A stretch of DNA of 64,000 bases. It comes from Rebecca billardiae RCC1528. Lineage: Eukaryota; Protista; Haptophyta. The notes under the pieces are model-generated. The model ran no database searches and was not told the DNA's origin. It worked only from the letters and a program-made list of their open reading frames with translations. This document shows positions 23,365 to 33,543 of the stretch, in pieces (position 1 is the first letter of the stretch; every line of letters starts with the position of its first letter). The stretch is taken from the NCBI GenBank assembly GCA_965240325.2, contig OZ251224.1, forward strand, positions 868,001 through 932,000, given 5' to 3'. A program made the translations under genes and the position numbers.

Positions 23365-25508
23365 TGATTCGCATTTATTAATGCATAGCTATAGATGCTG
23401 TACATGCATGACTGCTGACGATCATCGTCGTCTCGACGACGTCGATCGATCTGCTTAGAAAAATAAATAATCGAAACATGCTCGCTGAATGGCAAGCCGT
23501 TTAATATGCTGATGATCGGGGCGCTTCCGCGGTTCCGCCCGGCTTCGCCAGGACTCTGTGAAGCCTACGACTGTGTCACTGTGAGGACACTCGCGTGCGA
23601 ATCGCGATGCGACGAAATGGCGGGCCGTAGGTCCGCCCCTTGTAGTGCCCGGGGAAAAGATCAGAAAAAGTAATAGAATAAAGAAGTCGCCTCGCAATAC
23701 AGAAAAGAAAATCGCTTCGCTCACTACCGGGCCGCCCTCGCAGCTCCCACTGGGGACGCTCGGCCGAAAAAGGGTTCCTGGATGGCGCGGAGCGCGTGGG
23801 CGCCGCGCGCCAAATCCAACGCCGGCGCGGACATCATGAGAGGACTCCCGAGGGGTTTTTACGCCTGATTCGCGATTGCTGCTCTCGTCGTCTCGCGTGC
23901 AGGTCGAACGGGGGCCAAAGTCGACGCGTTTGGAGGTACGCTCGGCGCGTCGACACGATCGTGCGACCTGGGGCGGTCCTCGCCCGACTTGCACGTCGAG
24001 CGCTCGCACGGGCCATAGTAGCAAGCGCTGCGCACGACAACCACCTCGCGCGATCCACCGCCGCGCGTCGGGCTCGGTGCGGAAAGGCCCTCATCACGAG
24101 GTGTCTCGCGGGCGGGAAGCGCCATCGCACGCGACGCAAGATTTGGCGCGGCCTTCGGTGAACTCGATCGCCGGAATCCGCGCACCGGACTCAGTCCTCG
24201 CTCGCGGTCCGGTCCCTCACAGCCGGAGGCCGCCAGGCCGGAGCCCACATCCGGCCTGCATGGCGTCGACGGTGACCAATGCGACGGAAGCGCAGCGCCA
24301 ACGGCGTACGACGCGCAGCGGACGCACCTCCCGGGTCTGTCGCCGTGGCAGCAACCGTGTCTTCGCGAGTTGGCGACCCTCGCCGCAGCGCGACACAGAC
24401 AAGCCCGTGATGCCATCCGCAGAGATGAAACGTCGAGCATGCAACATCGCCGCGCCATCCTCGTCCATGGCGCAGGCGCTGCGGGACGAGGCGGACGTCG
24501 TCACGCCGCTGACGGATGCGCTGCGATTCGTGTGCCTGCGAGAGCAGCTCGTGCCCACTCTCGATCGCGAGTGGCACACGCTGTCGCTGTGCGCGCGCGC
24601 GCGCACAACCAACAGCTCCTCGTGCCGCCAAACACGCGGGCGCCAGACCTGTCGAAGAGGCGAAGAGCGACGACCGCGTGAACGTCAACGCGCTCGTGCT
24701 CAGCGTGGCGGCCGTGTACGATGCCAGCGCGACCTGCGCCGAGCCTATTATGCCCGGAGCGGACATCGGCAAGCGTCCTCGCGACGACCGCTATCGGCTG
24801 GCGGTAGGAGGACATGCACACGATTTACTCTGGCGGCTTCGTCGGCGGCGAGGCGCTCGATTACGCCATCGCGGTCGAGATGCGGCACATACAGCGCGTA
24901 CCTGCGTTCGCGCGGAGCATCGGGCTACCCGCCCCGCCCCGCGTGCTGCACATTCCCTCGTGGGTGTGGGCCTCGCTGATGATGCGCACGCCAGACGTGT
25001 ACACGTGTGATGTGAGTGAGTGGGAGAACTTCACAGGTGTCACTGGTCCGAAGCCTGTCCGTCACCCACGGCCACGAGCGAATGCTGTGGAAAGACGCGA
25101 ACCCGCAGATGACGAAACATTGCGATCGACAGCACTGGCACGGCCAGCCGAACCCCCCGCCCGCCAGGGCACAGTTTTCGTATTAGCGCATTGGCGCCGT
25201 GCGCATGTGGCAATTGCCGCACGTGGCATGACCGTCACTGAGTGATGTCTGATGACCAACCATTATTGTGTCAATGGACCATTGTCCATTCCATTGCTGA
25301 TGACCGCGCGCCAATAATTGCCAACGACTATTACTGTATAGCCTTTCACAACCCTCGGGCGGGCCGCCGAAAACAGATGATGGTGTTGCCCTGCCATCGT
25401 CATAGTGATGATGACGATCATGACGAATCGGGAATCGCGGGCCCGCTGCTCAGCCCAATGACGCGTGATGTCGATGGCGAGGAGCATGATTGACTCTGTC
25501 TGATGCCG

Positions 25509-27299
25509 TCACCGCCACATCTGCATGGGGAATGCAGGCACCATCACGTGCGAGTACCACGGGCCAGCGAGAAACGGGGCAGGGCCGAGTCCGGCTGCGT
25601 GCGATTCGGATGGCGGTGGTGCAGAAGCAGGTGGGCCATGAGCGAAAGCTGGCCCAAGCGGCACGCCGGTGCCCACGCTCCCCGCGCCCAGCGGGTGACA
25701 TGGCACATCGGAGTCGTGGTCTTGCGCGGGCGGGGCGCTTGGCACGCCAGCCACGACAATCGCACCGAGCGGCGGCCTCGAGCTCGGCGCTGGCTCGGCA
25801 CTTGGGTGCTTACCGGCCGTGAAGTGCTGCTGCGACGGCGGCGACTCGTGGCGCGCAAGCTGCGGGCCGAGGGCGTCTGCGCCTGGCACCCAGTGCTGCT
25901 GCGCAAGCGCCAGCGCTGGCTCAGCAGCAGCACACGCGGCAGCGGGCGGCGGCGGCGGTTGGGGCGCCTGCCGCTCAGTTGGAGCGGGGATTGCGATGCC
26001 GGCCGAGCGGCGGCGGCGCTTGGTCGCGCGCGCGCCGTCGGCGGCCAAGCCATCTGCGCCCTCGCCGCCGCCTCCCTCGAACGGCGGCGGCGGGAGCGGC
26101 GTCGTCGCCTTCGGGCCACCATCGGCAGCGCTGGCGGCGTGCTCGGCCGCCCGCGCCTGGTACGCCACAGCTGCCTCGAGCGCGTTGTCGAAGGTGCCGA
26201 TGGGCACGAGCCGGCCGTCGATGCGGATCTTTGCGACGAACTTCTTCCCGTGCCGGAAGACGCCCTTGAAGCCGCTCGTGAACACCGTCGAGCGCTCGAG
26301 AGGCCCGATGTCCGTCACGGCATTGGCGGCGGCGCTCGCCGCTGCGAGCGGGTGCCCAGGCGCGGACGCGGCCGCGCTGCTCACGCCTGCGTGTGCTGCG
26401 CTGGCGGCGGCGGCGGCGGCGGTATCGAAAGCGGCCGCCGCGGCGGCCGCCGCCGCGTCCACGCCGACCCCATGCCCCGCGAGCCGGCGCACGATGATCG
26501 CGTGGTACTGCGGGTCGTTCTCGAAGGCGATCACGCGGCGGCGCATCTTGGCAGCCGCGACGCACTCCGAGCCCGAGCCGCCAAACGGGACGAGCACGCA
26601 GTCGGCCTCGTGCGAGTGCACGCCGACGATGCGCTCGCACAGCTTGAGAGGCTTCATCGACGGGTGCGCGCCGTACTTGCGCTCCACGCTCCGCGAGTTC
26701 TCGCGCGGGATCTCCACCCAGTTGCGCGGCGGCCGTCCCTTGTCCAGCGACTCGTCCGTCACGCGCCCGACGCCCTTTGCGAGCGCCGTCGCGCGCTCCT
26801 CCGCGGAGTAGGGCTCGGCGGCGGCGTGCGCGTTGAAGGTGTGTGCGACAGACCCCGCTGCGCCGGGCACGACGAACCACTCCACGTGCTCCATGCGCAC
26901 CGAGTACTGCTGCATGCCCACGAAGCGTGAGTCCCCCCCTTGCGTGTAGCACCATGAGATGTGCTGCTTGAAGTCGAAGCCGAACTCGTCGGCGGCGATG
27001 ATCTTGAGCCGTGAGATCCATAGCTTCGCCGGGCTCCCGTAGATGAAGAGCTGCCCACCCGGGCGCAGGAGCCGGCGCGCCTGAGCGAGCCACGTGCGAC
27101 TCCAGTTGAGGTAGTCGGGCACAGAGTCCCACCGGGAGCCCTGCACGCTGATATCGTACGGCGGGTCGGCGATGATGAGGTCGACGCTCGCATCTGGGAG
27201 CACGCGCATCCCTGCGACGCAATCGCCCAGCCGCACCTCGACCACCGTGGGCGCGGGCGCCGTGCCGACGGCGGCGGCCGACTGCGCGCCGTGCGGCAT
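25509..27299 (-). CDS. N6-adenine/N4-cytosine DNA methyltransferase (beta-class motif order) fused to an AP2 DNA-binding domain
   Basis: GDCVAGMRVLPDASVDLIIADPPY (motif IV), then HPSMKP..VLVPFGGSGS..RRVIAFE (motifs X-I-II), then FKGVFRHGKKFVAKIRIDGRLVPIGTFDNALEAAVAY (AP2). First ATG is at 27299. Confidence 0.88.
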   Translation of the reverse strand: MPHGAQSAAAVGTAPAPTVVEVRLGDCVAGMRVLPDASVDLIIADPPYDISVQGSRWDSVPDYLNWSRTWLAQARRLLRPGGQLFIYGSPAKLWISRLKIIAADEFGFDFKQHISWCYTQGGDSRFVGMQQYSVRMEHVEWFVVPGAAGSVAHTFNAHAAAEPYSAEERATALAKGVGRVTDESLDKGRPPRNWVEIPRENSRSVERKYGAHPSMKPLKLCERIVGVHSHEADCVLVPFGGSGSECVAAAKMRRRVIAFENDPQYHAIIVRRLAGHGVGVDAAAAAAAAAFDTAAAAAASAAHAGVSSAAASAPGHPLAAASAAANAVTDIGPLERSTVFTSGFKGVFRHGKKFVAKIRIDGRLVPIGTFDNALEAAVAYQARAAEHAASAADGGPKATTPLPPPPFEGGGGEGADGLAADGARATKRRRRSAGIAIPAPTERQAPQPPPPPAAACAAAEPALALAQQHWVPGADALGPQLARHESPPSQQHFTAGKHPSAEPAPSSRPPLGAIVVAGVPSAPPAQDHDSDVPCHPLGAGSVGTGVPLGPAFAHGPPASAPPPSESHAAGLGPAPFLAGPWYSHVMVPAFPMQMWR

Positions 27300-27646
27300 A
27301 TTTTGACGATTGAACGCGAAAGCGAGGTGCGCGCCGTGCAAGAGCTCGTCCGAACGGAACGGCTGCCCAACGGACGTTCATATTTTCATCGCGCGCATCA
27401 TTTTTTTTCGATGACCTCCTTCGTCGTCACCCGCGCTTCACTGCAGTGTCAGTCGTCGTCGACAGGATCAGAGACGACTCGGCGCCTGTGACACATGCGC
27501 ACGTATACGTATGCGCGGCGGTCACGGGTGACCACCATGACCATACGCGGTGCGGGGCAGCCTGGGCTGCTGGGGAGGCAGCAGCCAGGCTGAGGTGCTT
27601 GTGGTCCGATCGATCCCCCGTCCAACGTCGCCCTCGTCTCTCACGC

Positions 27647-30114
27647 TCACTGCTGCTTCGCGCCCTTCACGTCGGACTGCTCGAACTCGAAGCGCACCAC
27701 CCCGCTCGGACGTGGGTCCGGCTCAAGCCCTGCCGCCGTCCCCGGCTCCTGCAGGTGCGCCATCCGCGGCGTATTCGCCCACAGCGCGCACAGCGCTGCC
27801 AGCCAGCAGCAGCCGATCAGCGCGCCCAGCGCCGTCGCGCAGTCGGCCACGGTGCCGTCGCTGAACGACAAGTCGCCCAGCACGCGCTCGCCGGTCATGC
27901 CGCGCGCCGCCGCGCCGCGCCGCGCGCGCGGCGGCCCCTCGGCGCCGTCCGACTCGAAGCGCAGCCCGACGAACTCGTTCACACACATGCCCTCGAACAG
28001 CCAGCGGATGAGCGACACGTCCGGCGCCCAGCGGAGCAGGAGCGGCACCGACTCTCTGTTGATCGAGTTGCCTGCACGGGCGCAGCGGCCGTGGTCGTGG
28101 ATGGGGCGGGCGCAGGGGTGGCGGCAAGGCCAGCGTGTTGGCGCGCAGTGCGCACACCGTGCGCACGCGTGCCGCACGACAGGCCGGCGCACCCGCCAGG
28201 GCACAGGCGGTGCACGCGTGGCGCGCCCGCCCCACTGGCCGCCCGGCCGCGCGCGCGCGCAGCCCTGCGCAGCGCGTGCGCCGCCCGCACCGTTGAAGAT
28301 CACCATCAGCACCACCACCGGCGGCATCAGCGCGAGCGCCGACTCGGTCGAGCGCGCGATGCAGCCGATCACGAGCCCGATCGCGGAGCTCGCGAGCCCG
28401 CCAAGTGCGACCAGCCCTGCGCAGCGCCGCGGGTCCGCAGTGCCGCGCGCGAGGCCCCTCACTCGCACGCAGCTTAGGCCGCGCGCCGGGCAGGCGCCGG
28501 GCAGGCGCGCGGCGCGCGCCGTGGCGCGCGACGGGGTCGCGGGCGAATCGCGCGCACCGAGGAAGGCCGTGAGGTGCGCGCGCGACGGCTGCAGCCCGGC
28601 GAGCGGGTAGAGCACCGCGCCGAACAGCGCGGACAGGCACACGGACAGCGGCACGTCCGTGAGCAGCTTGGACACAAACTGATCGATCAGAGCGAGCGCG
28701 CGCGCGCGCGCGCACGACAGGCGCGCGCGCCAGCGGAGGGACGGTGCGCGCGCCGCGCGCGCGGCTCAGGGGCGGGCGCGGCGGGCGCGGCGCGCGGGGG
28801 CGGGCGGCGCGCGGCGCGGGGCGCGCGCACGTAGGGGCCCACGGAGTACAGCCGCTTCGCGCGCTCCTCGTCGACCAGCGCCTTCTCCTTGGGGAACGTG
28901 CGGATGGTGCCCGCGATGCCCACGTTGGCGCCGCCGATCGCCACCAGTGAGAGCAGGCCGAGCCGGTCCTGCACGCCGCGCGCGGAGAGGTCGAGCGAGT
29001 AGAGCGCGCCGTAGATGAGGCCCATCGTGAGCTGCTGCGTGACCTTGATGCGCAGCGCTGCGCGGTTGCGCGCGAGCTGCCGCCACGCGCGCGCGAGCAG
29101 CAGGCCCAGCTGCGCGCCGAGGGGCGCTCGTGTGTGCGCTCCCGCCCAGCTGGCTGTGCTCAGCGGTGCGCTGAACGGCGCCGACTGCTGCTGCTTGGCG
29201 GGGCGCGGGGTGCCCGCCGCCGCGCGCTCGCGGCCCGCGCTCACGAGGCCCCGCAGCCTCTCGCGCGACGCCTGCTCGCTCTCGTAGTCGATCGAGACCA
29301 GGTCGAGCGCATGCTCGCTCAGCGGCACCGCACCCGGGCAGGGCCAGCCGGCCGCGGCCAGGTGCTCGGCGAGCTGAGCACGCTCGCCGGCGTAGACGGG
29401 TCGGCCGTCGGCGAGGAGCAGCAGGTCGTCCAGCTGCTGCAGTAGGGCCGCCGATGGCTGGTGGATCGTGAGCAGCACCGTGTGCCCCGCGTCGGCGAGC
29501 GCGCGCAGCCGGCTGAGCACACTCGCCGCTTGGAACGAATCCAGACCGGTCGTCGGCTCGTCGAGCACGATCAGCGGGGGGCTGGCGACGAGCTCGCATG
29601 CGATCGAGAGGCGCTTGCGCTCGCCGCCGGAGATGCCCCGCGTAGAGCTCTGCGCAGGATCGCCCACGAGCGTGTCCGCCGCCTTGGTGAGCCCGAGCGA
29701 TGCGAGCAGGCTGTGCACGCGCGCGTGCACATGCGCACTCGAGCCACTCGTGCGGAGCCGCGCGTGGAAGGTGAGGGTCTCGCGCGTGGTCATGCCGGAG
29801 AAGAACGCGTCCTCCTGCTTGACATAGGCCGCAGGCATCGACGATGGGTCGACGACGCGCGCGCCATTCACGAGCAGTACGCCCTCTAGGGTGAGGCCCT
29901 GGCGCCTCGGGACGTGCCCGACCACTGAGTTGAGGCACAGCGTCTTGCCGGCGCCAGAGGGGCCCATCAGCGCAGTGATGCGCCCCTGGCGAGCACGGCC
30001 GTACACACGGTCGAGGAGCACCCGTGTACCCTTGCCCTTGGCGAGCGTGCACGTGATGTCGTGCCACTCGAGGTTGACGGCGGCCATTGTTGTCGTGCTC
30101 ATCCGCTCCGCCAT
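27647..30114 (-). CDS. ABCG (white-family) half transporter; introns 28830-28679, 28557-28417, 28290-28072
   Basis: Walker A GPSGAGKT, signature ISGGERKR, Walker B IVLDEPTTGLD, TIHQP, and a C-terminal ABC2 membrane domain. Spliced junction reads YSVGPY|FVSKLL. Confidence 0.92.
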
Positions 30115-30555
30115 CTATATCCTGATTCCAAGGGCGATTTCAATATTCATTTCGTGATATATGCGAATTACACGTCCGGCAAATCGGCAATTGAAAAAAT
30201 ACTGCTGCTAGATGACTGCTATGGTCAAAAGACTGTTCCCAAAAGGTGTTGCTAGGGTAAGACGTCGCTGCCGGCTCATCCCGGCAAGCAGCAGCCATCG
30301 GGGTCGCAGCCCAGGGCCAGTGGCGCAGGGCACGGTGGCAGCGCGCCCGGCCAGCTGATGCGGCCGCCGGAGCCAGGGAGCTGCGCACGGTGGCGCTTCA
30401 CACCGCTCACCGAGTGCAAGTGGAACCCAATCCTGGAAGCAGGGCTCACGCCCCCTTGCCGTAGGTGTCGGAGCCCGCACATATGCCTCGACCTATCTGT
30501 AGTCAGCTGGAAGCACTCGATCGTCGTGATGGCGGCGGGCGCGTTGCCCCGGGCA

Positions 30556-31041
30556 TCACGCGCCAGATATGCTGCCAGATGTTGGTTGTCCATTATCCAT
30601 TGCCGCGACTGTGCCCACCTTCACCAGGGAGTACTCCAACCCAGCGGCAGCACCTGTTTGTACCACGGCAAAGGAGGCGCCGGCCACGGTCGCGGCACTC
30701 ACTAAGCTGAGGTTCACCCCGCCCGCAGTCCCTGCGGAAATGGCGCTCGCGCCGATGGCGTGTGTGGAAGCGACATCCAGCGCCGTGACGGTGAAAGCCG
30801 AGGCGGTCGCAACCTGGATGACGTTGACATCAAAGGCCGATGCGGTCGCAATCTGCACCACCTGAGGTCCAAACCACCTGTGATCGAGGCAGGCAAGGTC
30901 CGATGCGGGCGTCATCGCGGCGGCACTCAGCACATGTGCGCGCAAGGCAGGTGCGACGTGCCCCCGGGCGTGTGTGGGCTGCGGGGCGTGCACATACCAG
31001 TCTGCTTGCGCGCATGGGTAGTCCATCCCGCACAGTGACAT
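30556..31041 (-). CDS. Possible small hypothetical protein (~120 aa; intron 30997-30878)
   Basis: ATG at 31041, GTATGT donor, CACAG acceptor, duplicated VxQxATASAF motif; divergent from prefoldin. No family recognised. Confidence 0.3.
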   Translation of the reverse strand: MSLCGMDYPCAQADWYVHAPQPTHARGHVAPALRAHVLSAAAMTPASDLACLDHRWFGPQVVQIATASAFDVNVIQVATASAFTVTALDVASTHAIGASAISAGTAGGVNLSLVSAATVAGASFAVVQTGAAAGLEYSLVKVGTVAAMDNGQPTSGSISGA

Positions 31042-31309
31042 GGCAACCCCGCTCGCTCGCCCCGCGCGGCACGGCGCGCGGAGACCCCGGCTGGCCGCCC
31101 TGCTTGCCGCAGAGAGTGCGCCACCAACAAGAAAAGCTGAGCGCCCAAGCGGGTAAACCAACCGCTTGCGAGCTCGCGGCGAGCGCTGCCGAGCGTCACT
31201 CTGCGGCTGCGCAACCCCCCCGCCCAGTCCGGGGTGCCAACAATCGCCTCCGTGGTCGTCGGTGGCAGCCATTGCCCGTTAAGTCGCGGTTGGCCCGCAA
31301 CCGTGGGCG

Positions 31310-31839
31310 ATGCCCGGGGCAGACGAGGAGGACCAGGTCAGCGCGGCGGACCAGGAGAAGATCAACAAATTCTCCCGTCTGAACGCGCGCTTGCATGAGA
31401 TCGAGGAGGATCTGCAACTACAAAGGGTGTGCGCATCGCTGCATCGCCGCCGTGGCCCGTGCGCGTGTTGACTAACTGTTGGTGCTGCGCGCGCGACACA
31501 TCGCAGAAAGGGGTGGAGGAGCTGGACGACTTGACCGACGAGCTCTGTCTTCTTGACGATGACGAGCCGATCAAGTGCGTGCTGTGCGCGCACCGCGCAG
31601 AAACGTGCAGCGCAGGCTCACCGCGTAACGTCCCCCCTGGCGGCAGGTATCACTTTGGCGAGTGCTTCTTCGACGTGGAGAAGAGTAAGGCCGAGGCGTT
31701 GCTAGAGGAGCTGCAGGAGCAGAAGAAGGCCACCCTTTCCGCCTCCGAGGACGAGCTGGCCCAGATCCAGCAGACGCTGAAAGAGCTCAAGACGCAGCTG
31801 TATGCCAAGTTTGGCTCCAACATTAACCTCGAGGAGTGA
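31310..31839 (+). CDS. PFDN4: Prefoldin subunit 4; introns 31427-31506 and 31575-31646
   Basis: DQEKINKFSRLNAR...YHFGECFF...LKELKTQLYAKFGSNINLEE. Confidence 0.92.
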
Positions 31840-33543
31840 ATGAGGCAGCATGGGTGACAGGACGTGGTGCCAGGCCCGATTGCCCCGCCTCGTCCGGCGC
31901 GCGGGCTGGCGAGTGGGTATTGCCGTCTCGCCGCGTCGTGAGGTAGGGGCACCGCTGCGACTGGATCTTGAGAGGATATCGACTGGCACCTCGAACCCGC
32001 AGTGATGGTGATTACTCGGGCTGCTAATTCGTCCCGCGGATAATTCCCGATAATTGACACGCGCGGATTCGCTCATTAATGATTATAGTGATAACGCGGT
32101 CGGCGCGGGCGAGTCGGCGCCCGGCCCGCGGCCGCCGCGCGGGCCGGCGGGTCGCGCCGAGTGCCGGGGGCGGGTGCCCGTCCCGGAGTGAGGCTGCCTG
32201 ACTGTGCCTGAGACTGAGAGCCGGAGATGCCGTGAATCGTGATTGCCGTGGCGTCATAATCTTTAAGTGTCTAGTGAGACTGAGAAGACGATGAGTCATA
32301 TCAGCAGAGGCTCCGCGGCTCGGCCGGCTCACCGGGACTCCACCTGACCCCCAGCCTCCCGGTTTACTCTCGTCTTGCACGGCCCCCCGGAACGAACGAA
32401 CCGAAGTGTCAGGAGGAAGTCAACCCGAAGCAAGCGGACGGCGGACCATGCATCAGCAGAGCGGTGAGAGTCCCTTCGGCCTTCCGACCGGCCCGATTGA
32501 TGATGACTAGTTATAACTACTTCGTCTGACGAGAAATGTCGCATCCGACCACCTCGGTGACCTCCCAACCAATAGGTTCAGACTACTCTGTTTTTACTAT
32601 ATATAAATTTTACCCGCCCCTGACCCAGATTTCAGCACAGTCCGGGAGCGTTCCGGGCACCTGTATACATATGCAAAATGGTACGGCCCGGGCTGATGGG
32701 TATTTAACAGTTATATATAGAAAATAGCTAGTCTCATGAGGCCTACAGTATTGGAGGTGTGGCTGATGATGAAATTGAATATATATATGATGATCGCCCA
32801 TCTGACTGTAATGTCGTCGTCCAAGGGACCGCCTGGGGCTGGGGTGGTCTGATAACTAGGAGCCATTGTGATTGTAGATACTAGATCATCAGAGCCGCGG
32901 CGATCCCGCGATCCCGCCGACGATTGCAGTGTCAAGCCGATGTAACGCTCCAGTGACCGGACTGGGGGGGGGGTCGTGACCGAACTCCGAAGCCGGAGCC
33001 CAGACCGTCATCGGTCATGACTCATATATGTCGTCGTCGCCAGTTACTTGTTAGCTCGGCCTTGGAACTTGCAGTAAACAATAATAACGCTCGAAGCATA
33101 TGCATGAGCCTGACGAGGCCATATGTCGTCATTGAGACATTATTGCTACGTCGTCTAGCTTATCTGAATCCTCCTATATAGCTTATACGTGTGAAAACGG
33201 TGATGATGATATGAGATTTAGCCGTCTGGCGCCGCGCCCTGCAGCCTGCTGGCTGCTGGCCGGACTACTGGCCCGGGACACGCGGCCACTCCGCACTCGG
33301 TCACGGTCACGGACAGAGTACACTACTACTAATACTATACGCAGATTAACGCCAGTTCGAGTATCGTACTCAAATAAAATATTATATTAATATTGTAAAA
33401 TAATATAATTACTGCGAATATATATAACGACGTGGTATGCAACGCCGGGCAAGCGTCAGGCTCAGAGTGCAGCAGACACATATATGTATATATATAATTT
33501 ATAATAATTAAAGCGCGCGCGCCGAGGCGACACGGCGTCATCA

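Noticed and set aside
30556-30558. TGA as selenocysteine in the small orphan ORF
   Set aside because: No redox motif context, no recognisable SECIS, and the frame closes about 20 codons later.
32300-32595. RNase P RNA candidate (TTCAGACTACTC followed by a T run resembles the CR-V region)
   Set aside because: No matching CR-I (GGAAGGTCTGA-like) segment at the expected distance; a covariance-model search would be needed to revive it.
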